DNA of 64,000 nt from Podarcis erhardii (GCA_964252035.1 OZ176206.1), one strand, 5' to 3'; counted from the stretch's first letter, positions 1-12,732 are shown. Translations and numbers: made by a program. Notes: generated by a model not told the origin, from the sequence alone.

Positions 1-33
1 AATGAATTAAGTTCTTAACCTGAGGTACCACTG
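1..33 (+). mobile_element. End of Tigger/pogo-like MITE (truncated by window edge)
   Basis: ttaacctgaggtaccactg followed by TA, the same terminus as the four full copies. Confidence 0.8.
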
Positions 34-1773
34 TAGCTTGATAGGCACCTAACCAATACCAGGATAAGCAGTAATGTTTTCAAATTTGTGATTCCTGCAC
101 TGCAGGGGGGGGGGGGTTAACTATATCACCCTCAGGGGTCCCTGGCAACTCTACAGTTCTAACTTTCCCTCCCGCCCCCCCCCCCCCTTATTTTACAAAT
201 TGAGCAGGACTGCCTATTTTACTATTTAAAACAAATAAAGTCACAAGAACTCCTGCCTATGCCATGGTCAAGCTGGGCATTTAGAAAAACTTGACAAAGC
301 ACTCAGCTGAGCAGAGGCAAGGAGGCATGGAGACACAGCTCAGATGTTACTGCTCAACCACACAACATGCCATGGCCTGGTGACAGGGCAGCCCCTGCAT
401 GCTCGCCTCCCCCCCCCCCACTCATCTGTCCCCCCCCCTACAATTCTAGGACCCTACAACCAAAGTTTCCCCATCCGGCTTTGCCACAGCAAACAACTTG
501 CGACCTATTAGTGAAACATAAAAAGAGCCCTGCAGGATCAGGCCCATCTAGTCCAGCATCCTGTTCTCAGTTAGCCCAATCAGATGCCTGTGGGAAGTTC
601 GAGTTCAAGAGCCGCTCTGCCCTCTTGCGGTTTCCAGCAACTGTGATTCAGAAGCATTGCTCCCTCCAACTGTGGGTAGCAGAGCACAGCCATTTGTGCC
701 TAGCAGATAGGCATGTTCAACAAATAAAAGGCCTCGAGGAGGATGGAAGAGGCCACACTCAGGAGGACATCTCTCTTCAAGGCTTGGGAACAGTCCAGAC
801 CATCCCATCCTGCCCACATGACTGCAGCATTTATCCATCGGCAGTGCTGTCCTGCCCTGGGCCTCAGCGCCAGCAAACCAAGGACTCTGCCTGGAACTTC
901 CACCCACACAGGAAGAGCGAACAGCATGCGCCAAATATGATCTCACGGAATCGCAATGCAAGACAGCAACAGCGTTCTGGATGTTATGGAGAGCATAGAA
1001 AAGGAAGACACCCTCCCTCCCTCTCTCAGCAGTCAGTCTGCAGGTGGAAGGCTGTCCGTTAAAGCAGCTGCCTGGGTCCCAAACAAAAGATGCTGGCTTC
1101 TAAGCAAGCCCACCAGCAATTCCACTCGGATCACAGGATCCCACCCCAAGGGACCAGGCTGAGGTTGCTTTGAGCAGCTGGATGAACCTTGACTGTCGGT
1201 TTTGGAATTATTAGCTCCCACGACTGGGTCCAGGATGGAGTCACAGAACCATAGAATTGTACTGTTGGAAGGGACCTTGAGGGTCATCCAGCCCAACCCG
1301 CCTGCAATGCAGGAATGACAATCGATCCCTGGGAAGTGGCCACCCAACTTCTGTTTAAAAGCCTCCAATGAATTGCAGGATCAGAGAGGGGGAAGGCATG
1401 CCCAAGGGTCGTCGAGTCAAGCCCCGTGAAATGAAGAAGCCACAACGATGTTTATAGCAGTTTAGCTTTCAGGCCTTCCTCTCATGGTGTGTAAAAGAAC
1501 TAGCACTTTGCATTGTGCCCAGAAGCAGAACAGCCATCACCCCATAGCGTCATAGAATCACAGGACCACAGAACAGTCCAACCCGCAGCACTGCAAGAAG
1601 CACTGCTGAAGCATTCATCCAACTCCTGCTTGAAAACCGCCAAGGAAATAGAGTCCACCAGCTCCCGAGGGAGTCCACTCCACTGTCAAACAGCTCTTAC
1701 TGTCAGAAAGCTCCTCCTGATGTTTAGTCAGAATCTCCTTTCCTGTCATTTGGGGCGTTTGCCAGGTGAAGAA

Positions 1774-2033
1774 TGTTAAGTTGTAGGTGAACATATCAGA
1801 CGACACAGCGATTCTGCAAACAGCTCTTGTTTATTCACAGGCCAGAACAGAACTGAACTGAAGGGTTCAGCCAGCTTGCTTATATAGAACTCCACTACAA
1901 CACAACAGTAACAACTTTCTGTAACTATCCAATCACTGAATGTCACTTTCCTTATTCCTTATTTGCACATGTGGACCTGAGTGAAAACTATCCACAGGGT
2001 GATAGCCCAGCGTGAGAACTTCAGTACCTAACA
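1774..2033 (-). mobile_element. Solo LTR (TG...CA, 260 bp)
   Basis: Termini TGTTA..TAACA and 5-bp TSD aagaa (1769-1773, 2034-2038). Inverted CCAAT, TATATAA and AATAAA on the minus strand. Homologous to 6092-6338. Confidence 0.88.
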
Positions 2034-3559
2034 AAGAATGTAGAGACCAAAGGCCTTTAGTTGGGGCTCTGCACAACCTGGTGCCCCAGCGCTGTTGACC
2101 CAACAGAATAGCCTTTAACTGGTCAAACCAATAAGTTCCATACTGGTTAAATACTCTTCGATTCCTGCATTGCAGGAGGTTGGACTAGATGAGCCCTTGG
2201 GGGCCCTTCCAGTTCTACAATTCAATTATTCTAAACTGGCCAAGGTGGAGAAGCGAGCAGACTCTCCGCAACCTACAAGCATCCATTGCAGCCAAACATC
2301 CAGATCCACTGCTGGTATGGAAAACATCACGCAAGCAGCACGTGGGTCCTGTGGTTTGGACTGGTGGTTTTTCCCCAACTGTCTCAAAATACTGCCTGTG
2401 TTTACTGACAAGTCCCTGTTACCCTGTTTCCACATTAATTTGCATCTTTAAAAAAAAAAAGTATGAAAAATGAACTTGTGTATTTCATCTCCATGCAGGC
2501 ATTTCTAAATGTGCTTCATTTTAGAACATTACACATTTTGACATATTTTTTGAGCTGAGACCTGTCACTACCCACTTTGGAGAAGTGCAGCATCTGTAGG
2601 GTAATTCTCTTCCGATCCGTGTATTCGTCTGGGAGGTGCAAACGGAGTCGATTTTCTTTCAAAAATCAAAGAAACCCGGACCAAACTGGATTCCTCTCAT
2701 AGAACTGTAGCGTTGGGAGGGATCCCAAAGGTGATCTAGTGCAAGCCCCAGCAATGCAGGAATCAAGGCGAAAGAATCCCTGACAGGTGGGTCTCCTTCC
2801 TTCTAAGATGCTCCCTGAGAATAGCCTGGGTTTCACCTGCCAATGCAGAATTTGTCCTGGTCCTCAATGTTTTCAAAGCCAAGATTCTTCCCCACTTTGG
2901 CACCTGAAAGGCACCTCTTTCTTTGCAGAGGGACGGAGTGGGTGTTTCAGCTCCTTGGGGTCCCATCCTCCTCTCCCCAACTTTTGGCATTCAACCCAGC
3001 TCTCCACAGGAAAAGCCTCCCTCCCACTCGCTCCTGGGTGGACCTTCCTGTTGCTCAGGGCTCCCGTGGCGCCAGAAGATGAAGCCGCAATGTTGTTTCC
3101 TGTGAAATGGGAGGGTGGTTGTCTCCCTGGAGGAATTGTCACCCAGAATTTGAGGAAAGCTCAGGATCCTGAAACAACGCTCCTCTGCAAATATGTAAGA
3201 ACAGAGGGATTCAGAAGAGAGGGACGGAATGTGTATGGAAGGCATTGCAAGGACCCAAAAGAGCAGATTTAGAGCCCAGTCTCATGTGTATTTACTCAGG
3301 TGCAAGCCCTGCTTCATCCAAGGAAGGGTAGGGAGAGCTGGTAACAGCGAGCACAGCAAAGAGGGAGAGCGTCCATCTTGCCTCAGCTGCAAGAGACTCT
3401 CGGTGGCCTTAGGCACTCCGTTGACAATGGGGGTTGCCCCCTGTCTTGCCGGGGGTTGGACTGGATAACCTCTGGGTTACCTTCCTACACTGCCATTCTA
3501 TGACTCCAGGACAACCTGGGAGTTCCCCTCTGCGAGCTAACAGTCCCCATGGGTGGAAA

Positions 3560-3872
3560 TTTGCCCGGCATCTCCAGAGGAGACTGAGAGGTGATAAGAG
3601 CCACCTTCAAATATGGCTTTCACATGGAAGATGGAAGGAAGCTTGTTTTCTGCTGCTCCAGAGAAGAGGACCCAAACCAATGGATTCGAATTGCAAGAAA
3701 GGAGATTCCCATTAAACATCAGGAAGAACTTTCTGACGGTAAGAGCTGCTCGACAGTGGAACGGACTTCCTCAGAGGCTGGATGGGCATCTGTCAGGGAT
3801 TCTTTAGTTGTGATGACTCTTGATGACTCTTGGGGGACCCCTCCAACTCTACAATTCTGTGATTCTATGACA
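3560..3872 (+). mobile_element. CR1 LINE 3' fragment (ATTCTRTG-tail type)
   Basis: Degenerate ORF2 end (TNGFELQERRF.LNIRKNFLTVRA.RQWNGLP) and attctgtgattctatga tail. Dozens of shorter tips of this family occur, e.g. about 92-160, 1235-1372, 1547-1768, 2160-2230, 2695-2800, 5835-5895, 7760-8015, 9290-9400, 19180-19340, 20690-20755, 21660-21795, 36115-36170, 43935-44010 and 51170-51245. Confidence 0.8.
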
Positions 3873-3937
3873 TAAAATGCCCTTACCAGATGAAGAAAGT
3901 GTGGAAATGAGGTCTGTAGGAGGAAGGATGCCTCCGA

Positions 3938-3993
<56 letters not shown>
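3938..3993. repeat. (AAC)n microsatellite
   Basis: Direct reading. Confidence 0.95.
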
Positions 3994-5154
3994 GAGAGGC
4001 AGCTAGTGCCAAACCCTCTCCATCCTTAAGACTGTTAAGCAGCTGCAATGCCAGGAGACAAATACCCGTGACCTCCTCTCCTCCCGCACGGTGACAAACA
4101 GGCCTGTCAGAAATGGTTTCCGAAGCATGTCATGGGGTCCCAAACAGAGAAAAGAGCCGTCCTTTGTACACAGGCGTATCCTTGGCAGGAATGCAGGGAA
4201 GATTTCAAAACAGGATGCAGAGAGCGATTGGCCTCAGGCAGCATTGCTGAACTGACAGTCAGGGGCTGTCTGGATGGAAGGAGACTGGCCAGCGAGCTGC
4301 CTACGGTCTCTCTGTGGACCTGCAAGTCACCAAGTAGCTTTGGCATGTCTCTGATTGCTGTTTGTTCCAATTGAGCTTTAAAGAGCAGGATGGCGGGGGG
4401 AGGGATGCTCCAGAGGGAAAAGGAAAAGGATGCTTGGAAATGGAGCGCAGCCTGTTCCTGGAAAGATCTGAGGAAAGGGAAGTGAGGATAAGCCCTGAAA
4501 CTGAGGAGCAATACACAACCTGGCATGGCAATTTGCCACCTAAGAATTCCCCACTTCCCCCACAAAGCATGATTCAGACCAGCTTTTACCGAAAGAGGGG
4601 AAGAAACAAAGGTTTGTTGCTTCTGCGGAAAGGCCAAACGCCCCTTAGCCGATAGCTTATTCCTCAACTGCGATCTCTCCCCTCAGAGATTTTAATCCTT
4701 ATTTATCTTCCATTGATGTGGACCTCTTTCCGCTACACTGGATAGGAGGCTAAGGTTGCCAGATTTTTCAGAAATGTTATCCGCACAGGCAGTGTGTGTC
4801 TCTGAGCAGGTCCAAAGTTCTTTGAACACAGCAAGAAGCAGCCAAATGCCACGAAGGGCCGGCAGAACGCCTGACCTCCTGAAAGGAACCCATCCCCTCC
4901 TTTGACTGGGCTGCCTCCACCTTCCTGGCCTCTTCCTGAATGTGGGGGCTCTGTTGGTGGTCCTACAAATATTTCCACTGGCTAGAAAGGAAATCACGTC
5001 GGGCTGCAACCTGACCTCGCTTCACCAGATGAGATTTAGCTAACTTAATCCATTGGTTAAAATTTACAGAAGGGTAAAAAGCAAAATTCCCAGAGCAGGA
5101 AGCTTGTTTTGCTTCCATTGTTTTTGAAGAGGGGTGAAAAGAGAGAGATTGTGC

Positions 5155-5205
5155 CGAAGAAGAAGAAGAAGAAGAAGAAGAAGAAGAAGAAGAAGAAGAA
5201 GAAGA
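5155..5205. repeat. (AAG)n microsatellite
   Basis: Direct reading. Confidence 0.95.
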
Positions 5206-6091
5206 CAGTGCAGTTTCCCTCTGTTCAGGTTTTCTAAGCACTGATATTCACAAGAAGACACATATCTTTTCAATGTGCAATGTTTATAACTAGCTAAGAT
5301 AGAACAGCAGGAAGCATGAAAGTTAGGATGAGAAAGAAAGAAGGAAGGAAATGCAGCAGAGTTTCAGCTCATTTTCAGCACATGGGACATAGCTGCAAAA
5401 AGGCAGAGGAGCCCTCCTGAGGGACGAAAGGTGGCAATCTTGTGAGGGGGGTGCATCCTTTAGCAAAAGGGAAATGAAAATCCAGAGTTTTCCAAGGGGT
5501 GACTATTGGGCTTAGCTCTCCCATTCAGAAACTGCCCTCAAAGGCAACAGGCAATCTCTCCTCCCCACCTTTCTTGGGTGAGGAGAAGAGTTGTGCAATC
5601 CTGAAGACACCACAAAATGGTGTTGTGCAAACATGATAAAGCTGGAGGAATTTTACCGGTATGCATGGATCTCCTAAGAGGTTCTGGGCTTGTCTGTGCA
5701 TTGCAGCATTTTGCTACGAGGGGTGCCCAGAGAAAGTATCTCGTCTACTCCAACCCAGACCCAGCCAATTGGAGAACAGGGATTTGTGTCATTTACAAAA
5801 CCAATCTTATAAACAATGGACATGCCGAAAAGGATCATAGAATTGTAGGGTTGGAATAGATACCCTAAGGGACACCTAGCCCAACCCTCTGCAATGAGAG
5901 GCATAAAAATACTTGGAGTGATGATGGAAGAGGAAAAGAGAGAACACCCTTATTTTATTCCCTTTTCGAACGTAAAAAGCACAATTCCTGTTCTGAAATT
6001 TATAAGTTTCTATTTAAGGGGAAAGTTAAGGCACTTTACCATTCATTCATACTGCATGCCCCCCGCCCCCGCCCGCCAACATGGCAGTTTT

Positions 6092-6338
6092 TGTTATGTA
6101 CTGAAGTTCTCACCCTGGGCCAGCAGGGGGATATTCTAGATAGTTATGGAAATGAAAGATCGAAAGTGACGTTCAGTGATTGGATAGTTTTAGAAAGTTG
6201 CTACAGTTACGTTGTTCTGGAGCTCTATATAAGCAGGCTGACCGAGCTCTTCAGTTCAGTTCTGTTCTGGCCTCTGAATAAACAAGAGCTGCTTGAAGAA
6301 TCGCTGTGTCGTCTGATATGTTCACCCACAACTTAACA
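6092..6338 (+). mobile_element. Solo LTR (TG...CA, 247 bp), same family as 1774-2033
   Basis: 5-bp TSD gtttt (6087-6091, 6339-6343). ATTGG, TATATAA and AATAAA occur in canonical order. A 5-bp TSD is compatible with Gypsy, BEL or Copia; the superfamily cannot be resolved. Confidence 0.88.
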
Positions 6339-6996
6339 GTTTTAGCTTACAGTCCTGCTGTAACTTGGACAACAATTCCCATCATCCCTGACCACTGGTC
6401 CTGCTAGCTAGGGATGATGGGAGTCGTAGTCCAAAAACAGCTGGAGACCCAAGCTTGGGAAACCCAATACTTAGATTCCTGTGTCTCATACATTTGTTTA
6501 CTAGCACCCGGCGAAGGGTAAAAACCCTCCGCAGACCTTCCCTGAACAACACGGAAAGACTGGTGCTTAGGTGAATGCCTGAACATGCCTTCAATTTCTA
6601 GCAATTACACTAGAAGAGGGATGAGCCACATCTAACCTGTGGTCCAGTCTTGGCCCTCCAGTTTAGCCTGTGAGGTTCCTTCTCCCAAACCATACCTAGT
6701 TGACACTGCCCGGTCAATGCAGCCAACACAGCAGGATTTAACCAACCTCCCTCCATCCCTTCAGATTTCAGGACTTCCAGACACTGAGTCATCTGCTAAC
6801 CTTGTGATGTCAGGTGATGGACAGGTCGCCAGATTTGCTCACCTGTGACATTTGGCCCAAGAGGCCCATCTTGCTAAGCTGGGGAAAACGATTGCCCACT
6901 GCTAACAAACAACTTTATGATGATGGCAACAACATCAACAAGGAGGAAATCCCAGTTAATTTGCCCAAACTCACAGTACCAGTGGGACAGGCATCT

Positions 6997-7085
6997 TAAA
7001 TAAGCTAATAAATAAGCTAATAAACTAATATTAAACTAATTAGTAATAAACTAAGCTAATAAACTAAATAAGCTAATAAACTAAA
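6997..7085. repeat. AT-rich degenerate minisatellite (taaataagc / taataaac units)
   Basis: Direct reading. Confidence 0.8.
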
Positions 7086-8024
7086 AAAAATCCCCAAAGG
7101 GGGTGGGAAAAAGCAGGGAGGGGTGGAGAGACTGCAATACCAGCTTCCTTTGCCTTCCCCCATCGTGACACGAAGTTCAGTTGACTCTAGAGAAAGTTTT
7201 TAATCCCTTTTCCGTAGGAGTTGGCTACAGGGTCACTGCTTTCAGAGGTTAAGCTCCAGAGGTTAAGCACCAAATTCCTATGGTTTTTTAGTGAGATGCT
7301 CACCCACCGCATAACCCCAACTTAAGTGGGATTTTCAGGCTCACATGAATGAGAGGTTGCTTCTGGTCAGGTAACCATGTGGAAAGGCTGTGCCAAATCT
7401 GAAGATTGACAGCTGCTGGCCACCTTGTCAGAAGCAAGATTCTGCTTTGAAGGTCCCCCTTTCTTTCTTCAAGAAGTCACCAAAAAAGAATCTTAGAGCC
7501 CCAAGGCTCATCTAGTCCAACCTTCTGCAATGTAGGAATATGAATAAGGGAGGAAATGGCTTCTTATCAAAACTGAAGTTGAACAAATGAAAAGAGGAAT
7601 TTTTGAAGAAAAAATATGAAATTGGGTGAAGACATATCGGGACTGAAACTCCCATCACACTTGGCTTGTTCTATAATTTTTCTCTTACCTGGAATGCACC
7701 ACAAGAAACCTGGCAATATTTAGTTATCTGACTAGTCAATATTATTATGGTGGTGGGCTCTCTTTCGCTGGAGGTTTTTAAAAAGAGGTTGCGTTTCTAT
7801 CTGTCAAGGATTCTTTAGCTGTGGTTGCTGTATTGCAGGGGCTTGGACTAGATGACTTCTGTTTAAAAGCCTTCTGCGAATCGTAGAAAAATAAAAATGT
7901 AGAGTTTGAAGGGACTCTGAGTCTCATCTAGTCCAACCCCCTGCAATGGAAGAACCACAGCTTAAAGAATCTCTGACAGATGGTCCCTCAACTTCTGTTC
8001 AAAACTTTGAATGAATCCTGGATT

Positions 8025-8215
8025 CAGGTAGGTAGCCATGTTGGTCTGATGCAGTCGAAACAAATTTAAAAAATAAAATTGTCCAGTAGCACCTTAGAGA
8101 CAAACTAAGTTTGTTCTGGGTATAAGATGTTCTGAAGAAGTATGCATACACACGGAAGCTTATACCCAGAACAAACTTAGTTGGTCTCTAAGGTGCTACT
8201 GGATAATTTTTAAAT
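8025..8215. mobile_element. Penelope-like remnant in inverted (foldback) arrangement with degenerate hammerhead
   Basis: 48-bp inverted repeat, 8079-8126 vs 8159-8206 (46/48 match). The spacer contains CTGAAGAAGTATGCATACACACGGAAGCTTATAC (8132-8165). Confidence 0.7.
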
Positions 8216-9013
8216 TGTATTTATTTATTTAATGAATCCTACAATTCTAAGGTTGGAAGGGACCCCAAGTGTCATCTAGACCAACCCCCTGCAATGTACC
8301 TCACCTGGATGCTAGCAGCAACACAAACCCGTACAGCTCAAAAATGGAAGACATTACACGACATGCATCTCTTTCTCTGCAGGACAAAAATGTGTGGGTT
8401 CTGGCTATCACTGAGAAAATAACCCACAAATTAGTGGTTTCTAAAGGCAGAGAAGATCTGGAACATTTCTGCAATGTTTGGTAGTACTTTATTTCCTATG
8501 TATCAAATTCAGATACACAAGATTCTTTCCTGAGGCCAAATTGCAAAATGTGGGTATCATGGAGTGTTTGGGTTTCTTTTCTTTAAATCTATTTTCTATC
8601 ACCCATCAAACTCATGCGGTAAGCCAACTGCTGGTGTCTTGACACCATCTACTTCAGCTAGCCAACCATAACGTAGTCCATCTCTCTTCCCTTGGGCTCT
8701 ATGTTGCTCCATTTTGGCTTACCGGTACCTAAAAATGATCCCAGGATGTGCTGACCTTGCAGATCCCTTGGCCCAAGGGGCCAGAATGGGAGAGAGGTGC
8801 CCCCAGAATTGTTTTCTCTTGATCTTCGATTCCCCCCCTCCTTCCATTTTCTCAAAGGCAGAAAGCACAGCACTGGGAGAATATCAGAAAACATCTTTTA
8901 CGATGGTATTGTCCAAAATAGAGGGACACAAAACTAAGGCACTTCTCACTTCCCCTCTGCTAGCCAGATCTCAAACCCAAATAAATTTGTCCAGAATTCT
9001 CACATCTCCAAAG

Positions 9014-9015
<2 letters not shown>

Positions 9016-9051
<36 letters not shown>
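9016..9051. repeat. (TG)n microsatellite
   Basis: Direct reading. Further (TG/CA)n tracts at about 15741-15785, 19645-19671, 20259-20307 and 58394-58421. Confidence 0.95.
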
Positions 9052-9054
<3 letters not shown>

Positions 9055-9460
9055 CCAGATTTCACCTCTGCTCACCTACAAGAAACAGAGCCAACAATGA
9101 AACAATGGAAGCCATTGACATGGGGTCAGGAAAACTGCCTGCGTGCGATGAAATACTATCTTCAAACAAGATGTGTTTGGATAAGCCCGGTTTCGTAACT
9201 CGCTTCTTCCGATGTGAAAAAGTCACAATAACAGAAAGCAACACGGTTGTAAGTTCGGGCATTTCAACATCTCATACAAGGAAATCGTGGGATCATAGTG
9301 TTGGATGGGACCCCAAGAGTCATCGAGCCCAATCTCCTTCAGTGAAGGAATCACAGCTAAAGATGACCACCCAGCCTCTGCTTAAAAACCTCCCATGAAG
9401 GAGAGTCCACCACCTTCCGAGGGAGCCTGCCGCTTCCCATTTTCTCATCACAAGTTTTTA

Positions 9461-9820
9461 GACACGCGGGTGGCGCTGTGGGTTAAACCACAGAGCCTAG
9501 GACTTGCTGATCAGAAGGTTGGCGGTTTGAATCCCTGTGATGGGGTGAGCTCCCATTGCTGGAGCGGTCCCTGCTCCTGCCAACATAGCAGTTTGAAAGC
9601 ATGTCAAAGTGCAAGTAGATAAATAGGTACCGCTCCGGCGGGAAGGTAAACGGCATTTCCGGGCGCTGCTCTGGTTCGCCAGAAGCAGCTTAGTCATGCT
9701 GGCCACATGACCCGGAAGCTGTACGCCAGCTTCCTCAGCCAATAAAGCAAGATGAGCGCCGCAACCCCAGAGTCGGCCACGACTGGACCTAATGGTCAGG
9801 GGTCCCTTTACCTTTACCTT
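9461..9820 (+). mobile_element. Sauria SINE (Squam1), subfamily A
   Basis: tRNA-like head gacacgcgggtggcgctgtgg...ggcggtttgaatccc, and BovB-like tail ending in ACCTTT repeats. Confidence 0.85.
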
Positions 9821-11739
9821 ATGTTCTCTTTGCCTACCTGGTCATTTTGTAACGTGTCTGAGGCACAGTGGATGCTGTAGTTTTAGGGCAGTAGGTGACA
9901 CAGTCTGTCACCTCCCTCTGCTTACCGATAGATTTGGTGGATTCAATAATATATGATATTATTCCCCTTTAACATGCATCCCACCCATTTAGAGTAATGG
10001 GTTTTATTCCATACTATGTTTGAAAGTATACTCAGCCTATTTTTATTCTACCAGCCTGATGCGTATTTCTGTTGTTAGACCAATTAAAAAAAGAAAACAA
10101 AAAACAGGAGCAGTTTATAAAGTATCCATATAGGGACAGTTTGCACGACCTTCTTCCTTCCCTGAGGGAATTGACACAAGTCAAGGAGTGTAGATTTCTT
10201 TGAGGGAATCTGTGGTGACATTAAGAAAAATCTGGTTCTCTCTGTTCCAAGCCCGCCACTTTGGTCCCAGCCCTCTTCCGCTTCCAGCGCTATGCCAAAT
10301 ATAAACTTGCCTACAGGAAATGCCTTTAAAGAAACCAGCACCTCCCTGAATCCTGAAGAAGGCAAGGAAATAAACCATCTCAGCTCATGAAAGAAGCTAC
10401 TCTGCCCCATCCTGCTGGGGAGCAGCCTTAACCCCTTGTGTCCTGCAAATGCTCATGGAACCAGTCGGGAGAAGGGAAACGGAAAACAGGATAAACCTCA
10501 AAGTTACGCTTTCGCTTACGAAAATGAATAGAAGGACGACGCTCTGCAATGTACCTTCCATCTCTTAACATGACCGTTCCACCGAAATTGGACAACTGGG
10601 TTATTTCCTTCGCCAGAATGGCTAATTCTGGGTTCCCCCTCCAGTTCTGTGCTATTACAATCTTCAGAACAAAGTTGCCTGAAGTTAACAATGTGCTTTA
10701 GGGTATGATTTGTTGGGTGAGGTTTCCAAAAAGCCGGACACATCCCATCTCCCGGGCAAGTGATAATTTCAATAAAGAAGTGGTCTGAACATTGATTTAC
10801 TTATGATTGTCATGTAAACACTCCCATGACGTTTTCGTTCATCACAAATGTTCTGCACATGGGTATGATTATTATTATATTTATTAGTTGCTTTCCCCTC
10901 AGAAGGAAACACATAACAACTTACAAAAAATAAAAATAAGTAAGAGGAGCCTTGCTGGATCAGGCCAGTGGCCCATCTAGTCCAGCATCCTGTTCTCACA
11001 GTGGCCAACCAGATGTCCCCAATGGGAAACCTGCAAGCAGGATTTGAGCACAAAAACACTCTCCCCTCCTGTGGCTTCCAGCAACTGGCCTTCAGAAGCC
11101 TTGCTGCTTCTGAGCATGGAACGAGAGCATAGCCATTGCGGCTAGTAGACTTTGATAGCCTTATTCTCCTCCCTGGAGTTGTCTAATCCTATTTTCAAGC
11201 CATCTAGTTTGTTGGTCATCACTGCCTCCTGTGGAAGTGAATTTCATTGTTAAACATACCACAGTTTATCATCTCTCTCAAAAAAAATAATTGTTCAAAG
11301 CAGTTTCACGGTAAATTCCTATTTTTTTTAAGAGTGCCGAGACATGAGTACACCCAGCACTTTTCCTGCCCCCTCTCTGAATTTCACTGTGGGGGTAAAA
11401 GTAACATCATGTCAGATTATGGGAGACAGGAAGGAAGATCTCTTTCAAGATCCAGTGAGAACATTTCCTCTGCAAATGTCCCACTTCCAAGAAAGCTCTC
11501 CGCCCCCCGCTGCCACCAAACCAACGGCTTACGGATGATAAGAACAGGAAAACATTAAAGCATCAAAGATAATAATAATAAAGCAGTGGAGATAGACAAA
11601 GAGAATATAAACTTAAGCTAAAGCATTAAAAGCAGCAGCGGATAAAACTCTGAAATCAGAATGCCAGCAGGCAGATTGACATCTTCTTTACCTGGTCCTC
11701 AAAAAAGTGAGCACCAGGACGCATGATTTAAGAGAGCCA

Positions 11740-11920
11740 GGGAGCTGTAGTGCTGGCTAGGACTTGGGAGACCAGGGTTCGAATTCCCACTTGGCTCACC
11801 TTGGGCCAGCCACTGCCTCTCAGCCTAGCCTACCTCGCAGGGTTGTTGGGGGGGGGTTAATTGAGGAGGGGGAGGGCAATGCAAGACACCTTGAGCTCCG
11901 TGGAGGCAATAAATGAAATA
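11740..11920 (+). mobile_element. MIR/Ther1-like tRNA SINE (Squam3-like)
   Basis: ggagaccagggttcgaattccc..ccttgggccag..cagcctagcctacctcgcagggttgttg. Related copies at about 12850-13040(+), 17165-17345(-), 26035-26250(-), 28955-29330(+) and 31200-31335(+). Family name is from recall. Confidence 0.6.
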
Positions 11921-12732
11921 AATTATTTCACATATGGGTTAATTAAGTTCAACCTGAATAACTTGCTGTGTTTGTTGATTGTTCTACTCCTAGGATTCTC
12001 GCCAGGCAGCCTGGGTTAAAAGGAGAGAGAAGGAGAGACTTCCAGGCACCTCCCTAGGTTCAGATGTCCAAAGAGCAAGAGGAGGATCTGCAGCGCAAAA
12101 GGTCAGGGAAGCTCCGAGGAGAGGAAGCCACAGAGCCCTAAAGTGCTGCTAATGTCGCTGCTCCCCCTTCAAATAGGATGCAGAGTTGAATGAAGCAAGA
12201 CACGCAGTCTCTCCGTGACATAGTTCGCTTCCGCATCACCCAGAGGAAAGGCAGGTGGCTGGGGAAGCTGCTGAGCTCTCAAAACCAACCTTTCAGCAAA
12301 CAGCAACCTTTCTTTTTAAAAAAAGATGTACCAGACCTGAGTATGGAGGGAGGGAAGGGTCAGCTTATGAGCCAGTGGCTAGAGTGCTGGGCTAAGGCCC
12401 GGGAGATGGATCCAGCCCAATCGCCTTCTAAATCCAGCCCACGGTCAGTCTGGGAATCAGCGTGTTTTTACATGAGTAGAATGTGTCCTTTTATTTAAAA
12501 TGCATCTCTGGGTTATTTGTGGGGCATAGGAATTCGTTCATTTCCCACCCTCCAAAATATAGTCCGGCCCCCCACAGGTCTGAGGGGCAGTGGACCGGCC
12601 CCCTGCTGAAAATGTTTGCTGACCCCTGGGCTAAGGGCTCCTCCACACTCCCACTTCTCCTGCATTTTCTAGGCATGGGGCCGAGCGGGTTTTTCGTTTG
12701 CCACTTTTCCCAGCGATACCCGCCATTGACCA

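Noticed and set aside
367-1062. 231-aa ORF
   Set aside because: Runs through C-homopolymers and an antisense CR1 3'UTR. No recognisable domain.
3719-5273. ORFs with poly-Leu, poly-Ser or (CV)n/(HT)n tracts (also at 9016, 15653 and 20093-20522)
   Set aside because: Translations of microsatellites.
1774-6338. Single LTR provirus bounded by the two LTRs
   Set aside because: The LTRs are in opposite orientation, each has its own TSD, and there is no gag/pol between them.
8046-8061. Second hammerhead-like string CTGATGCAGTCGAAAC
   Set aside because: The core would need CUGANGA, and there is no helix II between the boxes.
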